NCBI GenBank assembly: GCA_951406725.2
Contig: OX597834.1
Span: 6,324,001-6,388,000 of the forward strand
Reading direction: 5' to 3'
Length of the DNA stretch: 64,000 nt
Source of the DNA: Octopus vulgaris
Lineage: Eukaryota
Position numbers and translations under genes: made by a program. The notes under the pieces are model-generated. The model was given only the letters and a program-made list of their open reading frames with translations, ran no database searches and was not told the origin of the DNA. Positions 37,499 to 50,960 of this stretch are shown here, piece by piece. The stretch's first letter is position 1. Each line of letters opens with the position of its first letter.

Positions 37499-37541
<43 letters not shown>

Positions 37542-37584
37542 AAGTATATATACTGGAAAGCAATACTCTAGTATTGCATTACTA

Positions 37585-37633
<49 letters not shown>

Positions 37634-37887
37634 TAGGTGTGGCTGTGTGGTAAGATGCTTGCTTTCCAACCACATGGATCCGGGCTCAGTCCCATTGTGT
37701 GGCATTTAGGGCAAATGTCTGACTAACCAAAACCTTGTGAGTGGATTTGGCAGACAGAAACTGAAAGAAGCCTGTCGTATATATATATATATATATATAT
37801 AGGTGGTGTACAAAACAAACAGAAGTTTAAACTTCACAACATGTGGTGACTGCTTTTATTTTAATTTTCTGTACATACCTAGGAGGC

Positions 37888-38290
37888 ATAGGAGTGGCTG
37901 TGTGGTAAGTAGCTTGCTTACGAACCACATGGTTCTGGGTTCAGTCCCACTGCGTGGCACCTTGGGCAAGTGTCTTCTCCTATAGCCTTGGGCCGACCAA
38001 AGCCTTGTGAGTGGATTTTGTAGACGGACACTGAAAGAAGCCCGTCGCATATATATATATATATGTATGTGTGTGTATATGTCTGTGTGTCTGTGTTTGT
38101 CCCCCGAACATCGCTTGACAACCGATGCTGGTGTGTTTACGTCCCCGTAACTTAGCGGTTCGGCAAAAGAGACCGATAGAATAAGTACTAGGCTTACAAA
38201 GAATAAGTCCTGGGGTCGATTTGATTCGACTAAAGGCGGTGCTCCAGCATGCCCACAATCAAATGACTGAAACAAGTAAAAGAGTAAAGA
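37888..38290 (+). mobile_element. SINE family A, preceded by a 5'-half copy at about 37633-37790
   Basis: Head-to-tail match. Confidence 0.9.
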
Positions 38291-38580
38291 TCCCTCTGTG
38301 TATATGTGTGATGCCAATCTTACCATTTAACCATTCTGTGTTCAATCTCAATGCATTTATCAATAAATATGTTTATATTATTTTTGTATAATATTAATAC
38401 ATTCATTCATTCATTCCACATTTATTTCGTACTTCAACGTAGACTGGAGTTTATATTGATAGAAGCACTTGCAGAGGATTGGCTAGGTCTTGGCACTTGA
38501 GGCCAAACAAATAAACAAATGTTGTGAAATACATTATTAGAATAAGATTATGTAAAGATAATGTAGTAGTAATAGTTTAA

Positions 38581-38801
38581 CCCTTTAGTGTTCGCATTAT
38601 TCAGCCAAAATTAATGCTTTTTCATCCACATTGTTTTGAATTAATCATGCATTATCTTGTAGCTATGAGATTTTGATGAGGTAGCTGTTAATTTTTAAAA
38701 CAATATTGTGGGGTTGGTGTGAGAGACCAGATATGGCTAGTTTGAAAATAAAACAGGTAGAATATTTTTGGACGGATATGGCTGGTTTAAATGCTAAAGG
38801 G
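38581..38801. mobile_element. piggyBac-like MITE
   Basis: TTAA/CCCTTTAG ... CTAAAGGG/TTAA. Confidence 0.85.
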
Positions 38802-38949
38802 TTAACAGAGAGTCGGCCATGATTGAGTGGACTTATTGCTTAAAGGTGCTCCATCCATGAGCTTCACTTGTCATTGAGACTGTTGTTCAGACACAGAGGA
38901 AGCTCAACTTAGTCGATCTATGATCAAAGATGTTGCAACTTCAACCAAA

Positions 38950-39310
38950 CCATATCATCATCATCACCACCACCATCATCATCATCATCATCATCGTCAT
39001 CATCATCATCATCGTCATCATCATCACCATCATCACCATCATCCGTCGTCGTCGTCGTCATCATCATCATCACCATCACCACCACCACCACCACCACCAC
39101 CACCACCACCATCCTTGTCATTTAGCTTTTCCTTTCCATACTGGCATGGTTTAGATGGTTCGACCGAAAACTGGTAGGCTGAGGATCTCCACCAGGTTCC
39201 AATCTGACTTGGCAAGGGTTTCCCACAGCTGGATGATGTCCTTTTCCAACACCAACCACTCCAAGAGTGCAACGGGTGCTCTTTACATGCCACTGGCACG
39301 GGTGCTAGTT
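38950..39310 (-). mobile_element. Expanded (ATC)n/(CAC)n tail plus a divergent RTE 3' end
   Basis: A trinucleotide run is followed by an RTE-tail-like segment (cagctggatg...ccaaccactcc). Confidence 0.7.
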
Positions 39311-39984
39311 ACTTGACACCAGCATCAATCACAACAACAGCTTCCCTTGGCTTCACAAGTCTTCCAAACATGGCACATCACCAAAGGTCTCAGTCACTAT
39401 TCTTGTATTTGAATATTCGGGGCTGTAGGCGTGACTGTATTGTTGAGAAGCTTACTCCCTCATTATTGGCCTGAAATTCAGTCTCACTGTGAGGCACTCT
39501 AGGCAAATGTTTTCTACTACAACCCGGAGCCAACAAAAAGCATGGGAGTGGATCCATGTATATTTGACTATTTGGGATTGCAGACGTAGCAGTGTGGTTG
39601 AGAAACTTGCTTTCCAATCATTGGCCTTGGGTTCAATCCCACTGTGCAGTACCTTGGGTATGCCTTCTATTAGTCTCAATCTGACAAAGCCTTGAGAGTA
39701 GATTTGGTAGATGAGAGCTAAAAAAAGTTTGTCATAGATATAGATCTATCCATTCATTCATCCATCCATCTATACACGCATGCACAAATACACACACACA
39801 CACACACACTCACAGACACACATATGTATATTCATACATACACACATATGATCGTTTCCACACAATTTTAATCTACCATTTTCACCCACAAGGCATTGGG
39901 TGACACATAAAGATACTTACCTGCAGTGCTGAACCTGAAGCACAATGGCTGCAAAGCAAGCTTCTTAACCATACAACCATGAAA

Positions 39985-40390
39985 TCATCATCATCATCAT
40001 CATCATTTAATGTCCGTTTTCCATGCTAGCATGGGTTGGACGGTTCGACCGGGGTCTGGGAAGCAAGGAGGCTGCACCAGGCTCCAGTCTGATCTGGCAG
40101 TGTTTCTACAGCTGGGTGCCCTTCCTAACGCCAACCACTCTGTGAGTGTAGTGGGTGCAGTTTTCGTGCCACCGGCGCAGGTGCCAGGCGAGGCTGGCAG
40201 CGGACACGATCGGTTGGAGCTTTTTATGTGCCACCGGCACAGAAGCCAGTCAAGGCAGCGCTGGCATCGGCCACGTTTGGATGGTGCTTTTCACGTGCCA
40301 CCGGCACAGGTATCACAACTACAATTTCCATTTAATAATTATTTTGATGTTGATGTACTTGACACAATAGGTCTCCTCAAGCACAGCAGG
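39985..40390 (-). mobile_element. RTE-family 3' UTR fragment
   Basis: Colinear with 56605-57000, including the gtgccaccggc repeats. Confidence 0.85.
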
Positions 40391-40948
40391 TCACCCTACG
40401 AAATATCTTTATTAAAATTCAAAATTTTTTTTTTAACTACCATCTAGTAGCAAGTAGATTTATCAATATAATGAAACATATAGTATTAACTTGAATATAC
40501 GTGTCTCTAAGAACATATGTTTAGTATTTCAATGGAATAATACAAGAGACCGCATGCAAGCCAGACAATTGAGGTATTATCACTTGACAGCTAATTATCC
40601 TTGTTTTGTATTCCACATTGTTATCAATGTGGTCATGATTGCATGAATTCAAGTCAAATTTGGCAATAAATAAGAAATAGTAATTGCATAACACATCACA
40701 CAGAAAGTATTATACAGAATAAGTGACATGGTTTTCCATACCTTCATATTTGATACTGTGTTGAATAACTGTAACTTTACCCTTGTATACACATGATAGT
40801 GGGTTGGATAAATTTATTGATTAATTGATTAACCCTGTCATGATTATATTTCTAATGACCAGGCTCCCTATGTTTCAATTAATTTTCGCTATCATGAAGA
40901 ATATGGACAGGTTTACAGGTTTAGTAAAATAGCGGTAGTTACATCTAA

Positions 40949-40999
<51 letters not shown>

Positions 41000-41328
41000 G
41001 TTGGTCTTGACCAAAACCACAAATTCGTGTTCAGGTTAAATGAGAGTTTTGATCACGATATTAATTTGAATGTGAACACTTTAATGCAAATAGTCTTGGG
41101 TAGACAGGTGTCAAAAAGGTTAATTTGTTGTCGGTTTAAATCAATTGATATTTTATAGTCATCTCCAATATACATTCAAATTCTTCCCTGGACATGTAAC
41201 TCGGCATCCATGAGTTATATTTATGGTTGCTCCAAATCCAGTCATTAAATGTCCATCTTTATTCAATGCTTAACAATCTGTATTAATTTAAGATAAACAA
41301 AGTTCTTTTTTAAACTGAAATATATATT

Positions 41329-41770
41329 GGCGCAGGAGTGGCTGTGTGGTAAGTAGCTTGTTTACCAACCACATGGATCCGGGTTCAGTCCCACTCCGTG
41401 GCATCTTGGGCAAGTGTCTTCTACTATGGCCTCGGGCTGACCAAAGCCTTGTGAGTGGATTTGGTTGATGGAAACTAAAAGAAGCCTGTCGTATATATGT
41501 ATATATATATATATATGTATGTGTGTATGTTTGTGTGTCTGTGTTTGTCCCCCAAGCATTGCTTGACAACCGATGCTGGTGTGTTTACGTCCCCGTCACT
41601 TAGCGGTTCGGCAAAAAGAGACCGATAGAATAAGTACTGGGCTTACAAAAAGAATAAGTCCTGGGGGTCGATTTGCTCGACTAGAAGGCGGTGCTCCAGC
41701 ATGGCCGCAGTCAAATGACTGAAACAAGTAAAAGAAAAAAAAAAAGGAAAAGTAAAAGAAAGAATATACT
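41329..41770 (+). mobile_element. SINE family A inserted in mariner
   Basis: Full copy. The mariner reading (IVENK*/EYIF) resumes on both sides. Confidence 0.9.
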
Positions 41771-42028
41771 CTCATTTATTTTCTACAATGCTCTTTCATC
41801 TATCTGATAGACTTGCAAGGCCCCATCTTCCAAAATTCTCTTGTCCATGACGAAAAATACTGTTCTGACCTTCTGTACAGAATTCATATTTTTTCTGTTC
41901 AAATGATTTTGCAGACTGCGGAATAAATGATAACCAGTTGGGGCAATGTTTGGTGAATATGGGGGGTGGGGCAGCATTTACCATTCCAACTGCTCCAGGT
42001 TTTGGAATGCCATCCTTGTTGAATGTGG

Positions 42029-42478
42029 CTCTCTTTTACTCTTTTACTCTTTTACTCTTTTACTTGTTTCAGTCATTTGACTGCGGCCATGCTGGAGCAC
42101 CGCCTTTAGTCGAGCAACTCGACCCCGGGACTTATTCTTTTGTAAGCCCAGTACTTATTCTATCGGTCTCTTTTGCTGAACCGCTAAGTAACGGGGACAT
42201 AAACACACCAGGATCGGTTGTCAAGCAATGCTAGGGGGACAAACACAGACACACAAACACATGCACGCATATATATATATATATATACATATATATATAC
42301 ATATACATATATACGACGGGCTTCTTTCAGTTTCCATCTACCAAATCCACTCACAAGGCTTTGATCAGCCCGAGACTATAGTAGAAGACACTTGCCCAAG
42401 GTGCCATGCAGTGGGATTGAACGCGGAACCATGTGGTTGGTAAACAAGCTACTTACCACACAGCCACTCCTGCGCCTA
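42029..42478 (-). mobile_element. SINE family A inserted in mariner
   Basis: Full copy splitting the DNAxPH motif. Confidence 0.9.
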
Positions 42479-44475
42479 TCACAGCCACTCCAGTGCATTA
42501 TCTTGATGAAGAACACCTTTCGTCTTGAAACCAAAGATGGTCATTTTTCTTCTAGCACTGACTTAAGCCACTCAAGCTGCTCACAGTAGATCTCCTTTCT
42601 TATCCTTTGGTTTAGGTTTAAAAGTTCAAAGGGGACTAAACCTTTCATATCCCACCAAACAGTTAACAACACCTTACATGAGTGAAGACCTTCTTTAGCC
42701 TGGGTTGCTGGTGTTTCTCCTTTCCCTACCCACTGTCTTCAGTGCTTGATCTTTTGTTAGAGAACCTATTTCTCCTTACCAGTCACTATTCGCTCCAATA
42801 AAGGTTCATTCATGAGTCATGACAGCAAAGGGGAGCACACATTCACTCTCTGCACATGATTAGACTCAGAAAGTTTGCGAGGAACCCAGTGACCCAATTT
42901 TCTGGCTTTTCCAATGGCATGCAGGTGTTGATGAAAGCTTAAATGACCAAATCCAAACTTCTCTGCTAGTCCTTCAACAGTTATGATGGAATTTGGTTCC
43001 ACCAGGGTTTGCAGGACATCCTTGTCAAGTTCTACAGGTCTTCCAGGATGAGGCTCATCTTCTAGGATGTACTTTCTTGCTTGGAATTTCTGGAACCACC
43101 ATTGACACTGGCTTATGCCTATTGTCCGATCCTCATATGCTTCATTAATATTCCTTGCACTTTCCATTGTTTTGTTGCCTTTTTTGAACTCATAAAGCAA
43201 AATATGCCGAATATGCTCTTTGGTCATTTCCATTATAGCTTTGAAAAAATAACCGTTAAAATCGAACTGTACTCTTCCACACTTGCACTAAGAATAAGGA
43301 CAAGGTAAAATTACTACCTGCTTTTACAGCAAGTTCATGCAGATAGTTTATCCCATCCCCCTCTGACTTTTAGTTTATGCAACTGAAAATAATACGCATT
43401 ATGTATGAGATGGCCCAATATATGTGTGTGTGTGTGTGTGTGTTTATATTTTCAAATGTAACTTAGTAGCTTTATTTTATGACGAGAAAGGTTTTTCTTC
43501 TTTTTTATCTTTTGTTTTCTTATTTTTGTTTCTTGCTTTGGAAGAAATAGTGTCATATCATATGTACTTTTGGTGGTTATACCCTACAGGCTTGAAGAGT
43601 CACATAGTAGCTGCCTTTTTTTAGCTCTAAATCTGGTTGTACTGCAGCATGAGAACACAATCGGAACAGGTAATTCACTACAGAAACGAAGAAGTAGAGA
43701 CATGTTTGAAAACAATTTTTTTTCCAATACTCATTAATAGTAAATCATAAGAAAGAAATAGAAATAGAAATAGAAAAAAAAAAAAAGAAAAGAAAACTCC
43801 ATTATGTTCCAACAATGTAAGACAGGATGATAGTAGAAACCACGTTGATTGAAACAAGAATTGTTGTCCGCAAACAAACTGTTGTCAGGAGACAAAACCT
43901 GCCGTCTTCGTATTAGCCATGAGCAATAACCTCACAGAAAATATTTGACACTAATTGGTCAATTAGAACGTGGCATCAACCAACAGCAGACAGAATCAAC
44001 AACAGGAATGTATTTAGAACAAGAAAATGCAGAAGGACTTTTGGTTGACTATTAACACCAGTTTCTACTAATGAGTGTGCAACAGCCAGAATGTAGACAG
44101 TTTTGACTATTTTTGAACACTTTTAATAGTGAATATAATTGGAATATACACACTGGAATGTATTCACAGAAAGTTAATAATCCAAGTTAATTCCTGATAC
44201 AGGTGAACATGAGAATTTTTCCTGTCTAATAATTTGCACCGATCTAACTAGAAATCAACCTACCTACGTCACTTTTTTTTTCTCCATATTTACCTAATCT
44301 CTATTTTCCAGATTCCTGATATTTACATTTTCAGGAATATGAATATTTCCGTACTAATCCAATAACTCTTCTTCACTCTCTATTAAGGGGTATGTATATA
44401 AATATACGTATATGTGTGTGTAGAGAGACAGAAAGATAGATAGATAGATAGATAGATATGCATACATATGTAAAT

Positions 44476-44722
44476 ACTCTTACTCTCTTTTACTCTTTTA
44501 CTTGAGTCAGCCATTTGACTGTGGCCATGCTGGAGCACCACCTTTTAGTTGAGCAAATCGACCCCAGGACTTATTCTTTGTAAGCCTAGCACTTATTCTA
44601 TAGGTTTCTTTTGCCAAACTGCTAAGTTACGGGGACGTAAGCACACCAGCATCGGTTGTCAAGTGATGTTGAATGGGGGGATAAACACAGACACACAAAC
44701 ATATACACATACACACACACAT

Positions 44723-44793
<71 letters not shown>

Positions 44794-44953
44794 TATATAC
44801 GACGGGCTTCTTTCAGTTTCCGTCTACCAAATCCACTCACAAGGCTTTGGTCGGCCCGAGACTAAAGCAGAAGACACTTGCCCATGCAGTGGGAATAGAC
44901 CCGGAACCATGTGGTTCGTAAGCAAGCTACTCACCACACAGCAACTCCTATGC
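44476..44953 (-). mobile_element. SINE family A, followed by a degenerate plus-strand copy at about 44980-45380
   Basis: Tail-to-head match. Confidence 0.85.
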
Positions 44954-45147
44954 CTATATATATATATATATATATGCATAGCTGTGTGGTAAGAAGTTTG
45001 CTTCTCAACTACATGATTCTGGGTTCAATCCCCTTGCATAGCACTTTGGGAAAAATCTCAGGCTAACTAAGGCCTTGTGAATGGATTTGGAGGACAGAAG
45101 CTAAAAGAGGCCTATCATAAATATATGTGTGTGTGTGTGTGTGTGTG

Positions 45148-45179
<32 letters not shown>

Positions 45180-45455
45180 TGTGTGTCTGTGTTTGTCTCC
45201 TGCCACTGGTTGAAAAACAGTGTTGTTTATCTTCTTGTAACATTCAAGGTTTGACAAAGAGACAGATGGAATAAGTGGTTGACTTAAGATATTAAGTATT
45301 GGTTTCAATTTGTTCAACTAAAATTCTTCAAGACATTACCCTGGCATTGCCACAGTTTAAAGACAGAAACAAGTAAAAGATGAAAGGTAATAGATTTTAT
45401 ATATAACTACACATGGATTGTTGGTAATTTTTCTGTCTTTCGCTTTGGACGTTTC

Positions 45456-45492
45456 TCTTTCTGATGAAGAGCTGTGCTCAAAACATTAACGA
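45456..45492 (+). ncRNA. Minimal hammerhead motif, degenerate, in a PLE pseudo-LTR fragment
   Basis: tcttt CTGATGA a GAGC tgt GCTC aAAAC att aacga. G12 reads A. Confidence 0.55.
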
Positions 45493-45626
45493 CTCTCTTT
45501 TTCACTGAGTGTCAAATTAATATATTGCTTGTACACATCCTCACGTTCATTTTTCTTCTTTTTTTTTCTCCGTTTTTTAATTGATTGTTCTTTGAATTGA
45601 CTATGTATGTATATACATACATATAT

Positions 45627-45667
<41 letters not shown>

Positions 45668-46211
45668 AACACACACATATATATATATATACATATATAC
45701 ACTGACTTTTTTTGCTTGGACACTTTTAACTATAGGTTTCCCTTATCTCGAAAAGTAATTTTTAATCGAAAAAAAAAAATTTCTAAACGATGAACTTTTA
45801 TCTTACCTTATATATTATATATTACTTATTAATATGCTTCCTATATATATATATGTATTTTTATAATTTTTTTACATATCTATATATTTATATATTTCTT
45901 TATATTTTTATGTATTTATTATTCTAGGTGTTGTAATGTTAAAAAATATATATTTTTTAGTCGCTAAAGTATTAATCATTAACTTTTAACTGTGATGAAC
46001 TGTATTCTTATATTTTTCTTATATGCTTGTATTGTGTTGTATTTCATCTTCCGTGATGTTATACATGTACATTCTATGTGAAAGAAAAAGCATCATGTGA
46101 TTAAATTGTTCGAGATATGAAATTTTATGTGGATGACCTTGTCTTTGTTTGTTCTGCAACCATAGTTTAATATTTACACATATACATATATACATATACA
46201 TATCCATATAC

Positions 46212-46283
<72 letters not shown>

Positions 46284-47457
46284 ATACGTGCTGTCAAATC
46301 TGACTGGGCCTGATGAAGCCTTCCGGCTTCACAGACCCCAGTTAAACAATCCAACCCATGCTAGCATGGAAAACGGACGCTTAAATGATGATGATGATGA
46401 TGATGATACATACATATATTTTTATATATATATATATGTATATCCTCATTATTTAACAACTGCCTTCTATGCTAGCGTGGGTGGGACTGCTAGCATGGAT
46501 GATATGTATATATGTATATGTATGCACACACTAATAAAGGGAGAGAGATGAGGAACAGAGTTACTGGATTTGTGCAGGTATATATATATATGGCTTTAGA
46601 AAGAGCCCTCAGCTATAGAAACCAGGCAGAAATACATGGAGCTTAAACACACTCAAGGCGTCAGTCAGCCCAAGGCTGTAGTAGATGACCTTTGTCCAGG
46701 GTGCGACACTATGGGACTGAACCTGGAACCATGTAGTTGTGAAGTAAACTTCTTACCACACAGCCATGCATGTGCCTATGGAACAGAAATTACCAAACAT
46801 TGTAGGGTCATGAGGAGAAAAATATGTACTATCCAAATCTAGCAAGTAGAATGCGTAATAGTAACAATCAAAGAGTGTGTACAATGAAAATATATAAACC
46901 AAATGAAAGGAATAGAAGAGAGAGATTAATATTTTGGGTTATGTCTTTTACTAACGAGAACTAAATGGAAATAAAAATTCTAGAAGAAAATGAATTTGAA
47001 ACTGGGATAAGGATTTTAGAAACCCTACTTCCATTGCAGCCGTTGTGGAAAAGGAAAACAGAGATTGGCAAAGCTGAACCAGAAGTGAAGCCATAATCTG
47101 GATTTTGAAGAAAGTGGGTGGGTTAGAGGAGGAGAGAGAGAGAGAGGGAAATAAGTAGAGTGAAATAAACAAAGGGGGAAAAGTGAGAGCAGACCTTGAT
47201 GAGAAGTGTGTGTGATGTGAAGTGTTGTTTAATGTAGGATGTTGTCACTTGTGTAGGATTTAGATAAACTTTTAATATGTGTTTAAGAATATGAAGTGCA
47301 TGTATTTATTTATTCAGCGCTCATTCTTGCAAAGTAATTCATCTGTTATGTAAGCGTAAACATATATAATGTGTAAACAGACACATGATACGCAAAGACA
47401 TTCATATATGTATACACAAACACATATATACATGCACAAACACATACACATATAGGA

Positions 47458-47690
47458 TGGCAAGCGGGCAGAATCATTAGCACACCGGGTGAAATGCTTA
47501 GCGGTATTTCATCTGCTGTTACATTCTGAGTTCAAATTCTGCCAAGGTCAACTTTGCCGTTCATCCTTTCAGAGGTCGATTAAATAAGTACCAGTTATGC
47601 ACTGGGGTTGATGTAATCGACTTAAACCCTTTATCTGTCCTTATTTGTCCTCTCTATGTTTAGCCCCCTGTGGGCAATAAAGAAATAAAT
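47458..47690 (+). mobile_element. SINE family B monomer
   Basis: Head plus one unit ending aaagaaata. Confidence 0.85.
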
Positions 47691-47755
47691 ATTCTCATAC
47701 ACACATATATGCACACACACACACACACACACACATAAATACATATATATGTATA

Positions 47756-48050
47756 TATATTATATAGAGGGTACTATTATTCATAGGTACCGCACGCTAG
47801 GAAGGACTTTTGCAGTCAAAACTACTAAAATAAACAAATTGTACCGAATGCAAAACTTCAAAGCAAGTCATTTAAAAACAGAATTTAGACTGCAAAAGTC
47901 CCTCCTAGCGTGCGGTACCTATGAATAATAGTACCCTCTATATAATATAAATAAATATTTTCAAAGTGGAAAAATTTACAGATTTTTTTCTCTTACGAGG
48001 TTTTTCACGCTAACTACTGATAATTTCTTATGAAGATTTTATCCTTAATT
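47756..48050. repeat. Hairpin-plus-tail element, copy 2
   Basis: 62-bp arms (47756-47817 and 47888-47949, 1 mismatch), a 70-bp spacer and the shared tail. Confidence 0.9.
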
Positions 48051-48091
48051 TTAAATTTATATATGTATATATATATATGTATGTGTGTGTG

Positions 48092-48136
<45 letters not shown>

Positions 48137-48142
48137 GTAGTA

Positions 48143-48270
48143 GAGGTGCAATGGCTCAGTGTTTAGGGCAGCGGACTCGTGGTTGTAGGATCATGGTTTC
48201 GATTCCCAGAACGGGTGTTGTGAGTGTTTATTGCGCAAAAACACCTAAAGCTCCACGAGGGGCAGTGGTG
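48143..48270 (+). mobile_element. Head of a third tRNA-derived SINE family
   Basis: gaggtgcaatggctcagtgtttagggcagcggactcg...ggtttcgattcc carries A and B boxes. The same head occurs inverted at about 49061-49105. Confidence 0.7.
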
Positions 48271-48466
48271 GTGATCCTTGTTGTACTCTTTCACCACAAC
48301 TTTCTCTCCCTCTTTCTTCTGTTGGCTCTTCGCTTAGCCAGCAGGGTGGTGTCATTTGAAGCCTAAAACAATATACATATATATGTATATATATGTATAT
48401 ACTATACTGCTCTATAAAACTTTATAACTTAAAGTGTGCTTCTCTTCTGGATTTATGCTTTACCAA

Positions 48467-48505
<39 letters not shown>

Positions 48506-48634
48506 TACATCCACACACACATACACATACATACACATACATGTGTGACATAAATGCTTATGGACCATAACAAAGCGGTCTGTGGACATGTGCTAAGTAT
48601 GCTTAATGTAGTATGTCGGGAAAGAGGATAAAGT

Positions 48635-49060
48635 TAGTTATTTGTATATATTTTGTGTATGTGAAGTGCATACTATATGCATGTATCACCATCATTACTG
48701 TTTAACGTCCACTTTTCCATGTCTTCATGGGTTGGATGGAAGTTGTTGAGACAGATTTTTCTACAGCTGGATGCTCTTCCCATCACCAACGATTCTGCCA
48801 GCTCACTGCACTTGATGTCCTTAATATCAAAATACCTTGATTCAGATGAATCCTACAAGTAATTAATTTTACTGTGTGTGTGCGTGTGAGAGAGAGAGTG
48901 AGTTGGTGATGGGAAGAGCATCCAGCTGTAGAAAAATCTGTTTCAACAACTTCTCATCCAACCCATGAAGACATGGAAAGTGGACGTTAAAACAGCTAAT
49001 GAATGGTGATACATGCATATAGTATGCACTTCACATACACAAAATATATACAAATAACTA
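48635..49060. repeat. Inverted duplication with arms of about 156 bp and a 111-bp spacer
   Basis: 48635-48790 is the reverse complement of 48902-49060. Each arm contains non-repeat-looking flank plus an RTE-tail piece. Confidence 0.9.
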
Positions 49061-49844
49061 TGACCGCGAGTCCGCTGCCCTAACCACTGGGCCATTGCGC
49101 CTCCACAGTGGGACTGTATTCCTGTATTGAATCAGTAAATTCTGGATGGCCATTAGATTTCTTTATTAAGCTACAGTAGAAAAATCTTTTTGTTCAGATC
49201 TGTATACATCCACAAAAATTCTCTTTCCACTAACTTAATTCTGAATTCAAATCATAGAAGAAAAAACAAAAACACTTCTTTTTAAAATATCTTTTTAAAA
49301 TTTTTCTAATCACTTCTTCTAACTTAATTATACAACCATAAGCCATTACTGAATTAGTTTTAAATCCATTTTGTTTCTTCTAACAATGAATAAAAGACCT
49401 CCAAGATTTTTTTCCCTTGAGATGTTTTCACAGAAATAGAGCATAAATTTGAATGAAATATTCTTGTTGTGAAATTACAACATTTACTACTATCAATGGT
49501 ATTTACATATGTCTGAAATATATATTCAATAAATTCAGTTATTCGTACATTTAGAGAGTGTTATTTATGTCTGCTTTAAAGACTGGCTTTGCTTGTTTAT
49601 TGGATGAAACAATGCATAGAACTAACATTATCAGCAAAATTTGCATTTTCTTGAAGGCTGTTATAAAAGACAAACTTTTTCTCAATGTATTTCTGTTCAC
49701 GTAAAAATATAAATAGATTTTATTGAAACACAGACCAAGTAAATGTTTAGAGTGACGAGTTAAGTTTACTGAATTCTTGAAATGAAGAGCTGTGTTCAAG
49801 TTTAAACTCCTTCCACAAATATATTTGTATAGTTGTGTAGCCCT

Positions 49845-50175
49845 GAATAAACTATGATTGGACAGATTTATGATTAAAGACATTCCAATGGTGACCAACC
49901 TATCTTTTTCTAGACACAGTGCATACAAAACATCATCATCTGCGGTGTATTTTTTGAAGTTGTTCCTTTGTCTTAACATCATGTGATGGGGGAAAGATTT
50001 CCTTGCTTGGAATAAACCATGACTGGACAGATTTATGATTAAAGACACTCCAATGGTGACCAACCTGTCTTTTTCTAGACACAGTGCATACAAAACCTCA
50101 TCATCTGAGGTGGGGGGTTTTTCCCTAAGAGGTTGTTCCCTTGTCTTGAGGGGGGAAATATTTCCTTGCTTGGAA
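49845..50175. repeat. Tandem duplication with a period of about 165 bp
   Basis: gaataaac..tggacagatttatgattaaagac...tttccttgcttggaa occurs twice and runs into an RTE-tail-like segment ending about 50280. Confidence 0.85.
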
Positions 50176-50518
50176 ACAGGTGAGGTTTGATGGCAGGAAA
50201 GGCATCAGGCTGTAGCAAATCTGCTTCAAGAAATTCTGTCTGATGCATGCAAGCATGGAACAGTGGGCCTTCAAATGATGGCGAGGAAGTTGTAAACTGA
50301 GAAAGGTTTGGCTATTGTTTCTAGTAGGAGAGATTTGGCTTCTATTTCTAGCAAACTGAAGCCTTCTCTAGACACCCAAATTAGCTTCAATGCTTTTCAT
50401 TGACCCACAACCCCTTATTGGTTCTTGGCTACCTCACTTGTCTTATAACTCCATCATTGGCTGAAGGTTCCTTTATTAGCTCAAATCTCTTTTGTAAAAA
50501 CTAGGAGAGTTAAAAATT

Positions 50519-50960
50519 AGGCGCAGGAGTGGCTGTGTGGTAAGTAGCTTGCTTCCAAACCACATGGTTCCGGGTTCAGTCCCACTACGTGGCACCTTCG
50601 GCAAGTGTCTTCTACTATAGCCTCAGGCCGACCAAAGCCTTGTGAGTGGATTAGGTAGACGGAAACTGAAAGAAGCCTGTTGTATATGTGTATATATATA
50701 TATATGTGTGTGTGTGTATGTGTTTGTGTGTCTGTGTTTGTCCCCTAGCATTGCTTGACAACCGATGCTGGTGTGTTTATGTCCCCGTAACTTAGCAGTT
50801 CGGCAAAAGAGACGGATAGAATAAGTACTGGGCTTACAAAGAATAAGTCCCGGGAGTTCGAATTGCTCGATTAAAAGGTGGTGCTCCAGCATGGCTAGCA
50901 GTCAAATGACTGAAACAAGTAAAAGAGTAAAAAGAGTAAAGAGTAAAGAGTAAAGAGAGA
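50519..50960 (+). mobile_element. SINE family A, followed by a (CCA)n tract at 50968-51182
   Basis: Head-to-tail match. Confidence 0.9.

Larger units (their letters stand above)
41200..43420 (-). mobile_element. Near full-length decayed mariner carrying two SINE A insertions
   Basis: TIR tattgggccatctcatacataatgcg ends at 43420. ORF 42817-43233 reads MEMTKEHIRHILLYEFKKG...WVPRKL; downstream remnants include IVTG, VWWDMKG, DNA and HPPYSPNIAP. About 1.3 kb remains after removing the SINEs. The left end is approximate. Confidence 0.85.

Noticed and set aside
49551-50093. 180-aa minus-strand ORF with a duplicated N-terminus and a hydrophobic MQILLIMLVLCIV stretch
   Set aside because: Half of it is the antisense of a tandemly duplicated repeat segment. 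I recognise no homology, and there is no convincing splice context.
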